The notes beneath the pieces are model-generated. The model made no database searches and was not told the origin of the DNA. It saw only the letters and a program-made list of their open reading frames with translations. The position numbers and the translations under genes are program-made. A stretch of 64,000 nucleotides of DNA. Source: Candidatus Yanofskybacteria bacterium RIFCSPLOWO2_02_FULL_44_18. Lineage in GTDB: Bacteria; Patescibacteriota; Minisyncoccia; 2-02-FULL-40-12; GWA2-44-9. Below, in pieces: positions 1 to 9,310 of the stretch. The stretch is taken from the NCBI GenBank assembly GCA_001794755.1, contig MGKT01000006.1, positions 40,700 to 104,699 of the forward strand. The letters run 5' to 3'. Position 1 is the first letter of the stretch; each line of letters opens with the position of its first letter.

Positions 1-2083
1 AGGAGATTAAGGCCGTGGTCATTGCGATTCCGGCCGACGCTCCGTCCTTTTTTATTGCCCCGGATGGGACATGGACATGAACGTCTTCCTGGTTAAAATC
101 TTCTCTGGATCCTTTTTTGGCCACGTAGGCCCTGGCAAAACTCAATGCCGTCTGCACCGATTCTTTCATGACCGATCCCAGTTGACCCGTAAGAATTAGT
201 TTGCCTCGTCCCGGCATTTTTGTGGCCTCGATGGGCATAACTTCGCCCCCAACCGGAGTCCAGCCCAAGCCCGTAACAACGCCGATTTCGTCTTTTACTT
301 CTGCGGCTTGGTGGGTATATTTAACCGGCCCCAAGTATTTATGAATCACGCTCTTAGTAATTTTGACCTGCTTATTTGCGGATCCGTTGACAAGCCGGCG
401 TATGACTTTTCTCAAGATGGAAGCAAGCTGTCTTTCAAGATCTCTGACGCCGGCCTCCCGAGTATGAGAACGAATAATATCCACCATGGCTGAATCCTCG
501 AATGTGATTGAATTCTTTTTTATGCCGTGATCCTTGTATAATTTAGGCAAAAGAAAATTCTTGGCAATGTGAAACTTTTCATCCTCGGTATATCCGGCAA
601 ATTCTATTATTTCCAACCTGTCCCTTAAGGCCGGAGGAACCGTATCAAGCATATTGGCAGTAGCAATGAATAATACTTCGGACAAATCGAACGGAACTTC
701 CAAATAATGATCCGAGAAGGCGTGGTTCTGCTGGGGATCGAGGGCCTCAAGGAGAGCCGCCGACGGATCACCCCTGAAATCCATCCCGATTTTGTCAATC
801 TCATCCAGCATGAAAACGGGATTTTTCATTCCGATGGTGTGAATGCCCTGGATAATGCGGCCCGGCAAGGCGCCCACGTATGTGCGCCTATGTCCCCGTA
901 TCTCGGCCTCATCTCTCAAACCGCCCAGCGATACTCTGACAAATTTCCGGCCCAAGGCTCGAGCCACTGATTGCCCGATTGACGTTTTGCCCGTGCCCGG
1001 AGGCCCGACTAAGCACAGGATCGGACCTTTTAATTTACCGACTTGTTTTTGAACAGCTAAGAATTCCAGTATTCTTTCTTTTACTTTCTTGAGACCGTAG
1101 TGATCTTCATTTAAAACTTTTTCCGCCTCCTTGAGGTTTATTTTCTCCTTGGTTCTTTTTGACCAAGGCAATTCCACTAACCAATCCAGATATGTGCGCA
1201 GATACGAAACCTCGGGATTGAACGATGGCATCTTCACCAGCTTATTTAATTCCTTCATCGCTTTATCTTCCACTTCTTTGGGCATTCCGGCGGCCGAAAT
1301 TTTGTCCTTGAGAATATCAGCATCTCCCTTCTCGTCATCAACTCCTAATTCTTTTTCGATGCTTTTGAGCTGTTCTCTCAAAAAGAGTTCCTTCTGCATT
1401 TTTCCTATCTGTTTCTTTGTTTCCTTGGTTACGGATTTTTCAGCTTCCAGTATTTCTGCTTCGCGAGCCAAGAAAACATTCAGCTCTCTCAAGGCGTCGA
1501 GAGCGCTCTCGAACTCAAGTATTTTCTGCTGGCTGTCTACATCAAGATTCAAATTCGTGGCCATGAGGCTGATGATATGCTCCGTGTCCTTAATCTGCAT
1601 CATCATATATATGACCTCCGGCAGTATGGCCGGAAAAGCCCGGGCCTCGGATATCAATCTGAATTGTTCAATAGAGCGTCTTAGCAAAGCCTTTTCTTCA
1701 AGATTGTCCCTTATTATCAGATTATACGGCTGGGATTCGACTCTGAAGAACGGTTCCATGTCCAAAATGTCCACTATTTTCGCCCTAACTAAGCCTTCAA
1801 CGTCAACCTTAGACGATCCGTCGGGCATTTTAAAAGCAGACACTATCCGGCCTATTGTGCCGGTTTCATACAAATCATTTCGGTCAATATCATCTTCCGT
1901 ATTTCTTTGAGTCACAAAAAAAACCAATCTGTCCCTTGTTAAAGCACACTCAAGAGCCCCCACTGATTTGGGGCGCTGGACGATGAGCGGTATTATGACT
2001 TTTGGGTAAAGGACGGTGTTTTTTAAAGCGATAAGGGGAAGTTCGTCTGGGATTATGATTTTATTTTGTTTGATGTCAGCCAT
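1..2083 (-). CDS. lon: ATP-dependent protease Lon (La); C-terminus runs off the window start
   Basis: Reverse-strand translation begins MADIKQNKIIIPDELPLIALKNTVLYPKV (Lon N-domain), has the Walker A motif GPPGTGKTS, and ends with the S16 peptidase site KKDGASAGIAMTTALIS with no stop before position 1. The + strand serine-rich ORF 1131..1910 is its shadow. Confidence 0.9.
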   Translation of the reverse strand, partial: MADIKQNKIIIPDELPLIALKNTVLYPKVIIPLIVQRPKSVGALECALTRDRLVFFVTQRNTEDDIDRNDLYETGTIGRIVSAFKMPDGSSKVDVEGLVRAKIVDILDMEPFFRVESQPYNLIIRDNLEEKALLRRSIEQFRLISEARAFPAILPEVIYMMMQIKDTEHIISLMATNLNLDVDSQQKILEFESALDALRELNVFLAREAEILEAEKSVTKETKKQIGKMQKELFLREQLKSIEKELGVDDEKGDADILKDKISAAGMPKEVEDKAMKELNKLVKMPSFNPEVSYLRTYLDWLVELPWSKRTKEKINLKEAEKVLNEDHYGLKKVKERILEFLAVQKQVGKLKGPILCLVGPPGTGKTSIGQSVARALGRKFVRVSLGGLRDEAEIRGHRRTYVGALPGRIIQGIHTIGMKNPVFMLDEIDKIGMDFRGDPSAALLEALDPQQNHAFSDHYLEVPFDLSEVLFIATANMLDTVPPALRDRLEIIEFAGYTEDEKFHIAKNFLLPKLYKDHGIKKNSITFEDSAMVDIIRSHTREAGVRDLERQLASILRKVIRRLVNGSANKQVKITKSVIHKYLGPVKYTHQAAEVKDEIGVVTGLGWTPVGGEVMPIEATKMPGRGKLILTGQLGSVMKESVQTALSFARAYVAKKGSREDFNQEDVHVHVPSGAIKKDGASAGIAMTTALIS

Positions 2084-2130
2084 ATTTTAATGCTGGTTAT
2101 TATATATGAAAATCCGCTTAAAATCAAATT

Positions 2131-3498
2131 TTAAAGTTCGATTTCTTGACCGAGGGATGGGATAATGGAATCGATATTGAGATCGTTTTTTATTCTTGCG
2201 GCCAAGGCTTCGGCCGATTCTAATTCACCTTGAACGATAAAGACAGTTTTCAATTTTCCGGCTTCATTGCATTTAGCCACCCATTTTAAAAGCAATTCCT
2301 GGTCGGCATGGGCCGAATATCCGCCGATAGCCACGACGTCGCAGCGGACGGGGATAATTTCCCCTAATATTCTAACCGTCCTTTGGCCGTCTAATATCTT
2401 GCGGCCCGGAGTCCCTTCCGACTGATAGCCGATAAATAGAATCGTCGAATTAGGATCGGGAAGATATCTTTTTTCATGATGCTGTATTCTGCCGCCGTTG
2501 GACATGCCCGAACCGGCGATAATGACTTTCGGCCCGATAACTTCGTTTATTTCTTTAGACTCTTCGGAGCTTTTGGTAATTCTTAGGCCCGGAAAATTAA
2601 ATATATCATCGTCGGACTTAAGAATGTATTTAGCAGTTTTGTTAAAATAGCCCCCGTATTTGTGGTATACCTCCGTCAAACTGATGGCCAACGGGGAATC
2701 CATATATATCGGAACGGGCGGAATCTTTTTTTCGTTGATTAAATTATTTAACTCGTAAAGCAATTCCTGTGTCCTTTCCAGAGCAAAAGCCGGAATCATT
2801 AATGTTCCCCCGCGATTGATGGTATTGATTATAGTTTGAATCAGCAGCTGGCTCCTTTCTGATTTGTTTTCATGGATTCTGGAGCCATAGGCCGATTCAA
2901 TGACGATATAATCGGCATCATCGGGAAAGAACGGCTCGGGGAGGAGCGGCGTCGGCGGATTCCCCAAGTCGCCCGAAAAATATATCCGTTTGCCGTCCCA
3001 CCTGATTTCCACGATCGCCGAGCCGAGAACGTGGCCTGCGTCGTGAAACGTAACGGTAATTCCTCGGCCGCAGTTAAACGCATTTCCATATTTTAAACCC
3101 TGACTTAAATTGAGTATGTTTGTAATATCCGAAGAATCAAACAACGCCGCGTGGCCGTGATATTTTGCCTCGTCTTTCAACAGCGATAGATTGTCGGGCA
3201 GTGCCTTTCTAATTAAATCCAGCGTCGGTTCAGTTGAGAGCAATTTACCCCTAAAACCCTCCTTATACAGCTTCGGGAGCCGGCCGGTGTGGTCGGCATG
3301 GCTATGGGTTACAAACACAAAATCAATTTCCGAAGCCGTGTAAGGAAAATTCTCATAATTCAAATGTTCAGCTTCCGGCGAGCCTTGAAAAAGGCCGCAG
3401 TCAACGAGCATTATTAATCCGTCATGTTCAAGCAGATAATTGGCGCCGGTTACGGATCGGGCGCCGCCGAAAAAAGATATTTTCATTGAGTCAGCCAC
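2131..3498 (-). CDS. MBL-fold metallo-hydrolase, beta-CASP ribonuclease family (RNase J/CPSF73-like)
   Basis: 455 aa with the motif HSHADHTG (HxHxDH) and beta-CASP-type C-terminal His/Asp motifs. Its start overlaps the upstream ORF by a few nt. Confidence 0.65.
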   Translation of the reverse strand: MADSMKISFFGGARSVTGANYLLEHDGLIMLVDCGLFQGSPEAEHLNYENFPYTASEIDFVFVTHSHADHTGRLPKLYKEGFRGKLLSTEPTLDLIRKALPDNLSLLKDEAKYHGHAALFDSSDITNILNLSQGLKYGNAFNCGRGITVTFHDAGHVLGSAIVEIRWDGKRIYFSGDLGNPPTPLLPEPFFPDDADYIVIESAYGSRIHENKSERSQLLIQTIINTINRGGTLMIPAFALERTQELLYELNNLINEKKIPPVPIYMDSPLAISLTEVYHKYGGYFNKTAKYILKSDDDIFNFPGLRITKSSEESKEINEVIGPKVIIAGSGMSNGGRIQHHEKRYLPDPNSTILFIGYQSEGTPGRKILDGQRTVRILGEIIPVRCDVVAIGGYSAHADQELLLKWVAKCNEAGKLKTVFIVQGELESAEALAARIKNDLNIDSIIPSLGQEIEL

Positions 3499-3764
3499 GG
3501 CCGGGCCGGGTATTTGGATATGACATAGCGATAACCCTTACCGTCGGGTATTTTAATATCATTCTGCTTGACCCAGTCCCTGATTAACACCGACTCGGTC
3601 GCCGATATTCCTTTGACTTTTGCCTGGGTTGAATTCATTATGGAAATATCGGAGTTGAAATTTCTCATGGTGATAAATATGAGGCCTACGAAAAAAAGGG
3701 CCAGGCCGATTACAAATACGGAACCGACCCATGATTCGACTTCCATTGTCAGAAAATTTCTCAT
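3483..3764 (-). CDS. small single-pass membrane protein, function unknown
   Basis: 93-aa ORF with one hydrophobic helix (VFVIGLALFFVGLIFI). It overlaps both neighbours by 4 to 16 nt within the operon. Confidence 0.4.
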   Translation of the reverse strand: MRNFLTMEVESWVGSVFVIGLALFFVGLIFITMRNFNSDISIMNSTQAKVKGISATESVLIRDWVKQNDIKIPDGKGYRYVISKYPARPWLTQ

Positions 3765-4228
3765 CGCACGATTATGGCCCCCGTCTCATCTTGGTCTTTT
3801 TCATTGCGATATCCGAATGTGCCCTTGGCGGCAAAAGTATAAGAAAAATAGCTGCCGGGCGGGATGTCGCCGACGCTGTCGAATCCAACCAAATCTTCCG
3901 GCGGATCGGCTATTATGTGAATCGCGAACAGGCCGTCATTTTTGAAACGAACTGTATCCCCAGAGTGGATTCTTAAATTGGTGGGGCTAAACACTCCGGA
4001 TTTGTATGACACCGTGTATATTCTGGCTTGCTTTGAATCGCTGGGAGATTGGGTCGGCGAAATCGTGGCTTGGCCGATATCGTGTTCGGCCTGGCCGAAA
4101 ATTACGACCGCTGCGGCCATCAGCATCAGCGAGATTACGATTAAAAGCCAAAACATTCCCGGACCGTTTATGGGTTTGACTTTCGGCTCCCTTTTCACGA
4201 CTAATTGCGGCTCGATTTCATCACTCAT
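3761..4228 (-). CDS. membrane-anchored cupredoxin-like domain protein (no Cys ligand), function unknown
   Basis: 155 aa with an N-terminal TM helix and a C-terminal beta-rich region (RIHSGDTVRFKNDGLFAIHII) resembling a cupredoxin/plastocyanin-like fold, but without the copper-ligand Cys. Confidence 0.4.
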   Translation of the reverse strand: MSDEIEPQLVVKREPKVKPINGPGMFWLLIVISLMLMAAAVVIFGQAEHDIGQATISPTQSPSDSKQARIYTVSYKSGVFSPTNLRIHSGDTVRFKNDGLFAIHIIADPPEDLVGFDSVGDIPPGSYFSYTFAAKGTFGYRNEKDQDETGAIIVR

Positions 4229-5504
4229 TTTTCTTAATAAATTCTAGCACAATTTCTTTGTCTGACCAGGGGATTTTTTTGCCGCCGGCCACGGCCATCG
4301 ATATTTCCGAACCCTTGCCGGTAATCACAACCGTGTCGCCCGGCTCGGCCAAAGATATGGCCTTGCCAATCGCTTCTTTTCTGTCAATCAGTTTCCGGAA
4401 TTCTTTTCCTTTCAATCCCTGGCCAATCTGGCTGATAATGCTTTCCGGATTTTCCTCATAAGGATCCTCGTTCGTCAGGATAATCTCGTCCAGATATTCG
4501 GCGGCCGCTTCTCCGAATTCACTCCTTTTCCATTTGTCCCTGCCTCCGCCCGCCGCGCCCAAAACGCCGATGAGCTTTCCGCCGGCCAGCTGGGATTTTA
4601 AAGTATGATACACCTCTCTAAGTGAATCCGGCGTGTGCGCGTAATCGACGACAACCGCAAACGGCTGTTTTTGAATATATTCCATTCGCCCGGGTATGCT
4701 TCTGATTCCCGCGATTATCGGTTGCGAAGTCGGCAAATCTATACCGTACATGGCTACTGTCGACAGGGCGGCAAGACAATTTAATACATTGAATTTTCCG
4801 GACAAGTACGAGACAAATTCGGTTCCATAGACGATGAATGTCGTTTTTTCGGGCGATATTTGCACCTTTTCGGCCTTGATGTCGCCTCTTGAAATTCCGT
4901 AGAATACTTTTTTGCGGGCCGGATAATTCATAAAATCTTCTACGTGCATATCGTCGCCGTTTAAGACATGAATGTTTTTTGTGCGCTTGAATAATTCCTG
5001 TTTCGCTTTTTTATAATTGTCAAACGAGCCGTGGCTTTCGATATGTTCTTTGTGCAAGTTGGTGAAAACGGCGCAATCAAAATTTATTCCCAAATGCCTC
5101 CTTTGCTTTATGCCTTCCGAAGTCACTTCCAAGACGCAGAATTCGCAGCCGGCATCGCGGGCGCGAGCCATGAATTTATGAATCCGGAACCGGCCGGGCA
5201 TGGTCATCTTGAGGGTGTTAGGCCATTCTTTGTCAAGGATTTTAAATCCCAGAGAACCAATCGCCGCCACTTTTTTATTTCCAGCCTCTTCGAGAAGTTT
5301 AGAAATCATATAGACTGTTGTTGACTTGCCCTTCGTTCCTGTAACGCCGATGACTTTCATCGAATTAGACGGAAAACGATAATAAGCGGCGCCGGCATGG
5401 GACAATAATGCGTGATAATACGGAGCAAAAAAATTAAATACCCGTTTCGGGATTATCTTTTTTATCCTATATAATATTTTATCCACCCAGGATTCCGTAA
5501 TCAT
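4221..5504 (-). CDS. Mur ligase family protein (MurE/MurF-like UDP-MurNAc-peptide ligase)
   Basis: 427 aa with the ATP-binding motif GVTGTKGKST and Mur ligase middle and C-terminal domain motifs (DYAHTPDS). It lies immediately upstream of a FemAB-family gene. Confidence 0.7.
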   Translation of the reverse strand: MITESWVDKILYRIKKIIPKRVFNFFAPYYHALLSHAGAAYYRFPSNSMKVIGVTGTKGKSTTVYMISKLLEEAGNKKVAAIGSLGFKILDKEWPNTLKMTMPGRFRIHKFMARARDAGCEFCVLEVTSEGIKQRRHLGINFDCAVFTNLHKEHIESHGSFDNYKKAKQELFKRTKNIHVLNGDDMHVEDFMNYPARKKVFYGISRGDIKAEKVQISPEKTTFIVYGTEFVSYLSGKFNVLNCLAALSTVAMYGIDLPTSQPIIAGIRSIPGRMEYIQKQPFAVVVDYAHTPDSLREVYHTLKSQLAGGKLIGVLGAAGGGRDKWKRSEFGEAAAEYLDEIILTNEDPYEENPESIISQIGQGLKGKEFRKLIDRKEAIGKAISLAEPGDTVVITGKGSEISMAVAGGKKIPWSDKEIVLEFIKKNE

Positions 5505-6373
5505 TTGTTGTTTCTAAGTAATTTATAAACCAAGTACCAGAATTTTGAAACGGGCAAGTCAAAAGAGCCGGGATATTCAATTGTCTGCCCGCCCCAATTT
5601 AGCTTAAAACGGGTCACGCCCGGATACCTCTTTGCGTCAATCCCCCAAAAATCATAATTATTCAGGCCATATTTTTTTGCGACCTTGATTAGTTCCCAAT
5701 GTAAATAATAAGGAGCCATCATTGGTTTATATTTTGGATTTCTGTCCATGCCGCCGTGAAGATAGTACGCGGTATCGCCGTGAGCAAGCCAAATCGCGCC
5801 CGCGATTGGCACACCATCGTGTTCGACAAAAACCGTTTCCGCGTTCATTCCCGGCATAGTGCACAATTTTTCGTAATAGCTTTTCTCATGCGTGCTGAAA
5901 TTGTCATTTTTCGCGGTGTGTTTTAATAATTTCCAGAATCCATCCGTATCTTTGCGAAAAACCAATTTAAAATCATGTTTCTCCGCAACTTTAATATTGT
6001 ACCTTGTTTTATGATGCATCCGGCCAAGAAGCTCCTCCTCCGATTTGGTCAAGTCAATCACCACGGTTTTGGAAGGCTGTAGTTCCTTTTTTGATTTCTT
6101 AAAACCAAATTGACATAAAAGTTGAACCACAGAATCGTCTCGCGGCTCCGCTTTGACATAAAAAGATTTTTCAGCCGCCGCTAAATTTTTTAAATATTGA
6201 ATGAAATTTTGCGTCACGCCGCTCGGGCCATGAGGGATATACAAGTAATTTTTTCTAAACGGTAAATCGTGTCGTATAATATTAGCTTCAATCCCATCTT
6301 TCTCATATCGAAAAACTCTTCGGCCAAGAGATTTCTGAAAACTTAACCATTTTCCAGTCTGAAGAAAAGACAC
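5501..6373 (-). CDS. FemAB-family peptidyltransferase (aminoacyl-tRNA dependent peptidoglycan cross-bridge formation)
   Basis: 290 aa showing FemAB/FemX-like conservation (…AYYLHGGMDRNPKYKPMMAPYYLHWELIKVAKKYGLNNYDFWGI…). Overlaps the Mur ligase gene by 4 nt. Confidence 0.65.
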   Translation of the reverse strand: MSFLQTGKWLSFQKSLGRRVFRYEKDGIEANIIRHDLPFRKNYLYIPHGPSGVTQNFIQYLKNLAAAEKSFYVKAEPRDDSVVQLLCQFGFKKSKKELQPSKTVVIDLTKSEEELLGRMHHKTRYNIKVAEKHDFKLVFRKDTDGFWKLLKHTAKNDNFSTHEKSYYEKLCTMPGMNAETVFVEHDGVPIAGAIWLAHGDTAYYLHGGMDRNPKYKPMMAPYYLHWELIKVAKKYGLNNYDFWGIDAKRYPGVTRFKLNWGGQTIEYPGSFDLPVSKFWYLVYKLLRNNK

Positions 6374-6966
6374 TATTTTTTTCCTAAAAATTTTAATGCG
6401 TCGGCGACCTTTAATTCCAACGTCTCGCCCTTTGCTTCTTTTAGAGCTTCCTTGGCTTGGTTCAACGAATAGCCAAGAGTGAGTAGGGCTTCCATGGCTT
6501 GACCCTCATGACCCAGATCCATGCCACTAACGTCAGTTGAATCCAGATAGTCCACTTTGCTTTTGAGCTCTAAAATCAGGCGAGACGCCGTTTTCGGTCC
6601 GAGACCGGAAACTTTTTTTAGATAGTCAGAATCTTCATGGACCACAGCCGCTTTGAGATGCTTAGGTTCGACAACGGCCAAAATCCCCATCGCTCCTTTC
6701 GGCCCGATTCCGGAAACGGAAGTCAGCATATGAAACAAATCCAAATCTTCTTTTTTATCAAAGCCGTACATGTCAAAAGTGCCCTCGCGCATATTGAGCT
6801 GGGAATGGACAAAAAGCTTTATTTTTCCATTGACTTCAGGTTTGCTTTTTGATAAAATGTTCAGCAACTTGGGGGATACTATCACCCTATATCCTATGCC
6901 CCCAGTGTTCAAAATGACTTGTTTATCCCCTAAATGCTCGATTGTTCCCTCTATCAGACTAATCAT
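6373..6966 (-). CDS. ruvA: Holliday junction DNA helicase RuvA
   Basis: MISLIEGTIEH…GIGPKGAMGIL…VSGLGPKTASRLILELK (HhH motifs), with a C-terminal domain III. The start is taken at the internal Met (MISLIEG), 16 bp from the divergent uvrB. Confidence 0.85.
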   Translation of the reverse strand: MISLIEGTIEHLGDKQVILNTGGIGYRVIVSPKLLNILSKSKPEVNGKIKLFVHSQLNMREGTFDMYGFDKKEDLDLFHMLTSVSGIGPKGAMGILAVVEPKHLKAAVVHEDSDYLKKVSGLGPKTASRLILELKSKVDYLDSTDVSGMDLGHEGQAMEALLTLGYSLNQAKEALKEAKGETLELKVADALKFLGKK

Positions 6967-6982
6967 ACCCAAAGAATAACAA

Positions 6983-8992
6983 ATGTTTAAACTCGCGTCC
7001 AAATTCCAACCAACGGGTGATCAGCCGGAAGCGATAGATAAGCTGGTCAAAGGATTAAAATCAGGCAAAAAGCACCAAGTTCTTTTAGGTGTTACTGGAA
7101 GTGGAAAAACTTTTAGCATGGCGAAGGTCATCGAGGCGTACAAGAGACCAACTTTGATTGTTTCCCACAACAAAACATTAGCCGCCCAATTATACAAAGA
7201 ATTCAAGTCGTTCTTTCCCAAGAATGCCGTTCATTATTTCGTTTCGTATTATGATTATTACCAGCCCGAAGCGTATATTCCCCACACTGACACATATATA
7301 GAAAAGGATTCGAAGATTAATGAGGAGATAGACCGCTTGCGTCATGCCGCAACCCAAGCCCTAATGAACCGGGACGACGTAATAATAATCGCCTCGGTAT
7401 CATGCATATATAATCTGGGTTCGCCTGAGGATTATAAAAACCTGGGGCTGGAAATTTTCGAAGGAAAAAAAATAAATCCATCGGATCTGGTCAGAAGCCT
7501 GATGCGTCTTCAATATACCGCTGATATAGAATTAAAGAGAGGAGCCTTCCGTAAAACTGCCAATGAAATTGAGATTGTGTCTTCCAACGGCCAAGACGCA
7601 TATAAAATCACGTTTAAAAACGACGAGGTCGCCAAGATGTACCGCGCCGACGTAAAGGATCCAGAAGACCTTGAATTTAAAGATATGCAATACGAACGCG
7701 TCGTTAGCGCCGTTATTTTCCCGGCTAAGTATTGGATTGCGTCCGACGACAAAATATCCTTGGCAATTGAAAACATAAAAAGCGAGCTCCAAAAGCACGT
7801 CAAACATTTAAAAAAAATTGGCAAACTGGAAGAAGCGTTCAGACTCCAAGAAAAAACGATTCAGGATATAGAAATGATGCGCCAGACCGGCTACTGCCAT
7901 GGAATCGAAAACTACTCACGTCATCTTGATTTCCGAAAAGCCGGCCAACCGCCATATACCCTTCTGGATTTCTTCAGTTCAAAAGGCGAATTTTTGTCCA
8001 TAATCGATGAATCGCACATCACGATTCCCCAGCTTCGAAGCATGTATAACGGAGACCATTCCCGAAAATCAACTTTGATTGAATACGGCTTTAGGCTCCC
8101 CTCGGCGATAGACAACCGCCCTCTCAAGTTTCCGGAATTTACCACGAGGGTCCGGAAGCAAATATATGTATCGGCCACGCCCGGAAAATATGAAATGGAA
8201 AAAGCAGGAGAAAAAAACATCGCCGAGCAGGTTGTCCGGCCGACTGGCCTTCTTGATCCGACAATTGAAATCCAGCCGACGGAAAATCAAATCCCCCATT
8301 TGCTGAAAAATATCCAAGAAAGGGTAAGCAGCGGAGAGAGGGTTCTAGTAACGACCCTGACTAAAAGAATGGCCGAGGACTTGAGCGAACACCTTGCTGA
8401 TAAAGGCGTTAAAGTTAATTACCTTCACTCGGAAATTAAAACTCTGGACCGCTTAAAAATTCTAAAAGACCTGCGCCTGGGCAAACACGATGTAATCGTC
8501 GGCGTAAATCTTCTGCGTGAAGGCCTCGATCTCCCGGAAGTTTCGCTCATTGCCATTCTCGACGCGGACAAGGAAGGATTTCTGCGCAATACGACGACGC
8601 TGATTCAAACAATGGGCCGGGCCGCAAGGCACGTAAACGGCCACGTAATCATGTACGCCGACAAGCTTACCAAATCCATCGACTCGTCAATAAAGGAAAC
8701 CTTAAGGCGACGGAAGAAGCAGGAAAAATACAACACGGACAACAAGATTACGCCGACGACGATATTAAAGGACATCGGAGATTTCGATTTGCCGATATCA
8801 AAATCCGCGATGGGCAAACTGGGAAATACAAGCAGAGGCGGCGATAATGACTCGGGTATTGTCTTTTTTGGAGACGCAAACAAACAAAACGTTCTAAAAC
8901 AACTTAATAGGCTTATGGAAAAAGCCATGCGCCACTTTGATTACGAGAGGGCCATGGAAATAAAAGAGCAAATCAGGCGCATGAAGGAATAA
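6983..8992 (+). CDS. uvrB: excinuclease ABC subunit B (UvrB)
   Basis: 669 aa beginning MFKLASKFQPTGDQPEAIDKLVKGL with Walker A GVTGSGKTF, a helicase C domain, and the C-terminal UvrB/UvrC interaction helix (YERAMEIKEQIRRMKE). Confidence 0.95.
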   Translation: MFKLASKFQPTGDQPEAIDKLVKGLKSGKKHQVLLGVTGSGKTFSMAKVIEAYKRPTLIVSHNKTLAAQLYKEFKSFFPKNAVHYFVSYYDYYQPEAYIPHTDTYIEKDSKINEEIDRLRHAATQALMNRDDVIIIASVSCIYNLGSPEDYKNLGLEIFEGKKINPSDLVRSLMRLQYTADIELKRGAFRKTANEIEIVSSNGQDAYKITFKNDEVAKMYRADVKDPEDLEFKDMQYERVVSAVIFPAKYWIASDDKISLAIENIKSELQKHVKHLKKIGKLEEAFRLQEKTIQDIEMMRQTGYCHGIENYSRHLDFRKAGQPPYTLLDFFSSKGEFLSIIDESHITIPQLRSMYNGDHSRKSTLIEYGFRLPSAIDNRPLKFPEFTTRVRKQIYVSATPGKYEMEKAGEKNIAEQVVRPTGLLDPTIEIQPTENQIPHLLKNIQERVSSGERVLVTTLTKRMAEDLSEHLADKGVKVNYLHSEIKTLDRLKILKDLRLGKHDVIVGVNLLREGLDLPEVSLIAILDADKEGFLRNTTTLIQTMGRAARHVNGHVIMYADKLTKSIDSSIKETLRRRKKQEKYNTDNKITPTTILKDIGDFDLPISKSAMGKLGNTSRGGDNDSGIVFFGDANKQNVLKQLNRLMEKAMRHFDYERAMEIKEQIRRMKE

Positions 8993-9012
8993 AAAACGGG
9001 CATTTTTATTTC

Positions 9013-9041
9013 TTGCAATATCCAAAAAACAATGATATATT
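9013..9041 (+). promoter_or_regulatory. sigma70-like promoter of rpsT (TTGCAA-17-TATATT) producing a leaderless or near-leaderless mRNA
   Basis: TTGCAA at 9013-9018, a 17-nt spacer, and TATATT at 9036-9041, with the ATG at 9051 only about 9 nt downstream of the -10 element and no SD. Confidence 0.45.
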
Positions 9042-9050
9042 TTACATAAT

Positions 9051-9296
9051 ATGCCAATTACAAAATCCGCCAAAAAAGCGCTAAGACAATCAAAAACCAG
9101 AAGAATTGGAAATCTTGCCAAGAAAAAAGCGTATAAAGCGGCGATAAAAGAACTGAAAAAAACAAAAGACGTTAAATTGCTTGCCAAAACATATAAGGCG
9201 ATAGACAAGGCGGCCAAAACCGGGGTCATAAAGAAAAACAAGGCCGCTCGCCTCAAATCAAGCGCTTCCCGCATCCTTAATCAAAAAACCTCTTAA
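9051..9296 (+). CDS. rpsT: 30S ribosomal protein S20
   Basis: 81-aa lysine/alanine-rich protein: MPITKSAKKALRQSKTRRIGNLAKKKAYKAAIKELKK…. Confidence 0.85.
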   Translation: MPITKSAKKALRQSKTRRIGNLAKKKAYKAAIKELKKTKDVKLLAKTYKAIDKAAKTGVIKKNKAARLKSSASRILNQKTS

Positions 9297-9309
9297 TAGA
9301 GGTTTTTTG
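9283..9309. terminator. bidirectional intrinsic terminator between convergent rpsT and ftsW
   Basis: AAAAACCTCT-TAAT-AGAGGTTTTTT is a perfect 10-bp stem flanked by an A-tract and a T-tract, overlapping the rpsT stop. Confidence 0.7.
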
Positions 9310-9310
9310 A

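Noticed and set aside
1131-1910. 259-aa + strand ORF, Ser/Leu-rich low-complexity
   Set aside because: It lies antisense inside the well-supported lon gene and has low-complexity translation, so it is a shadow ORF.
8605-9274. Minus-strand ORFs (107 aa, 126 aa) overlapping the uvrB 3' end and rpsT
   Set aside because: They lie antisense to two well-supported genes and have hydrophobic low-complexity translations.
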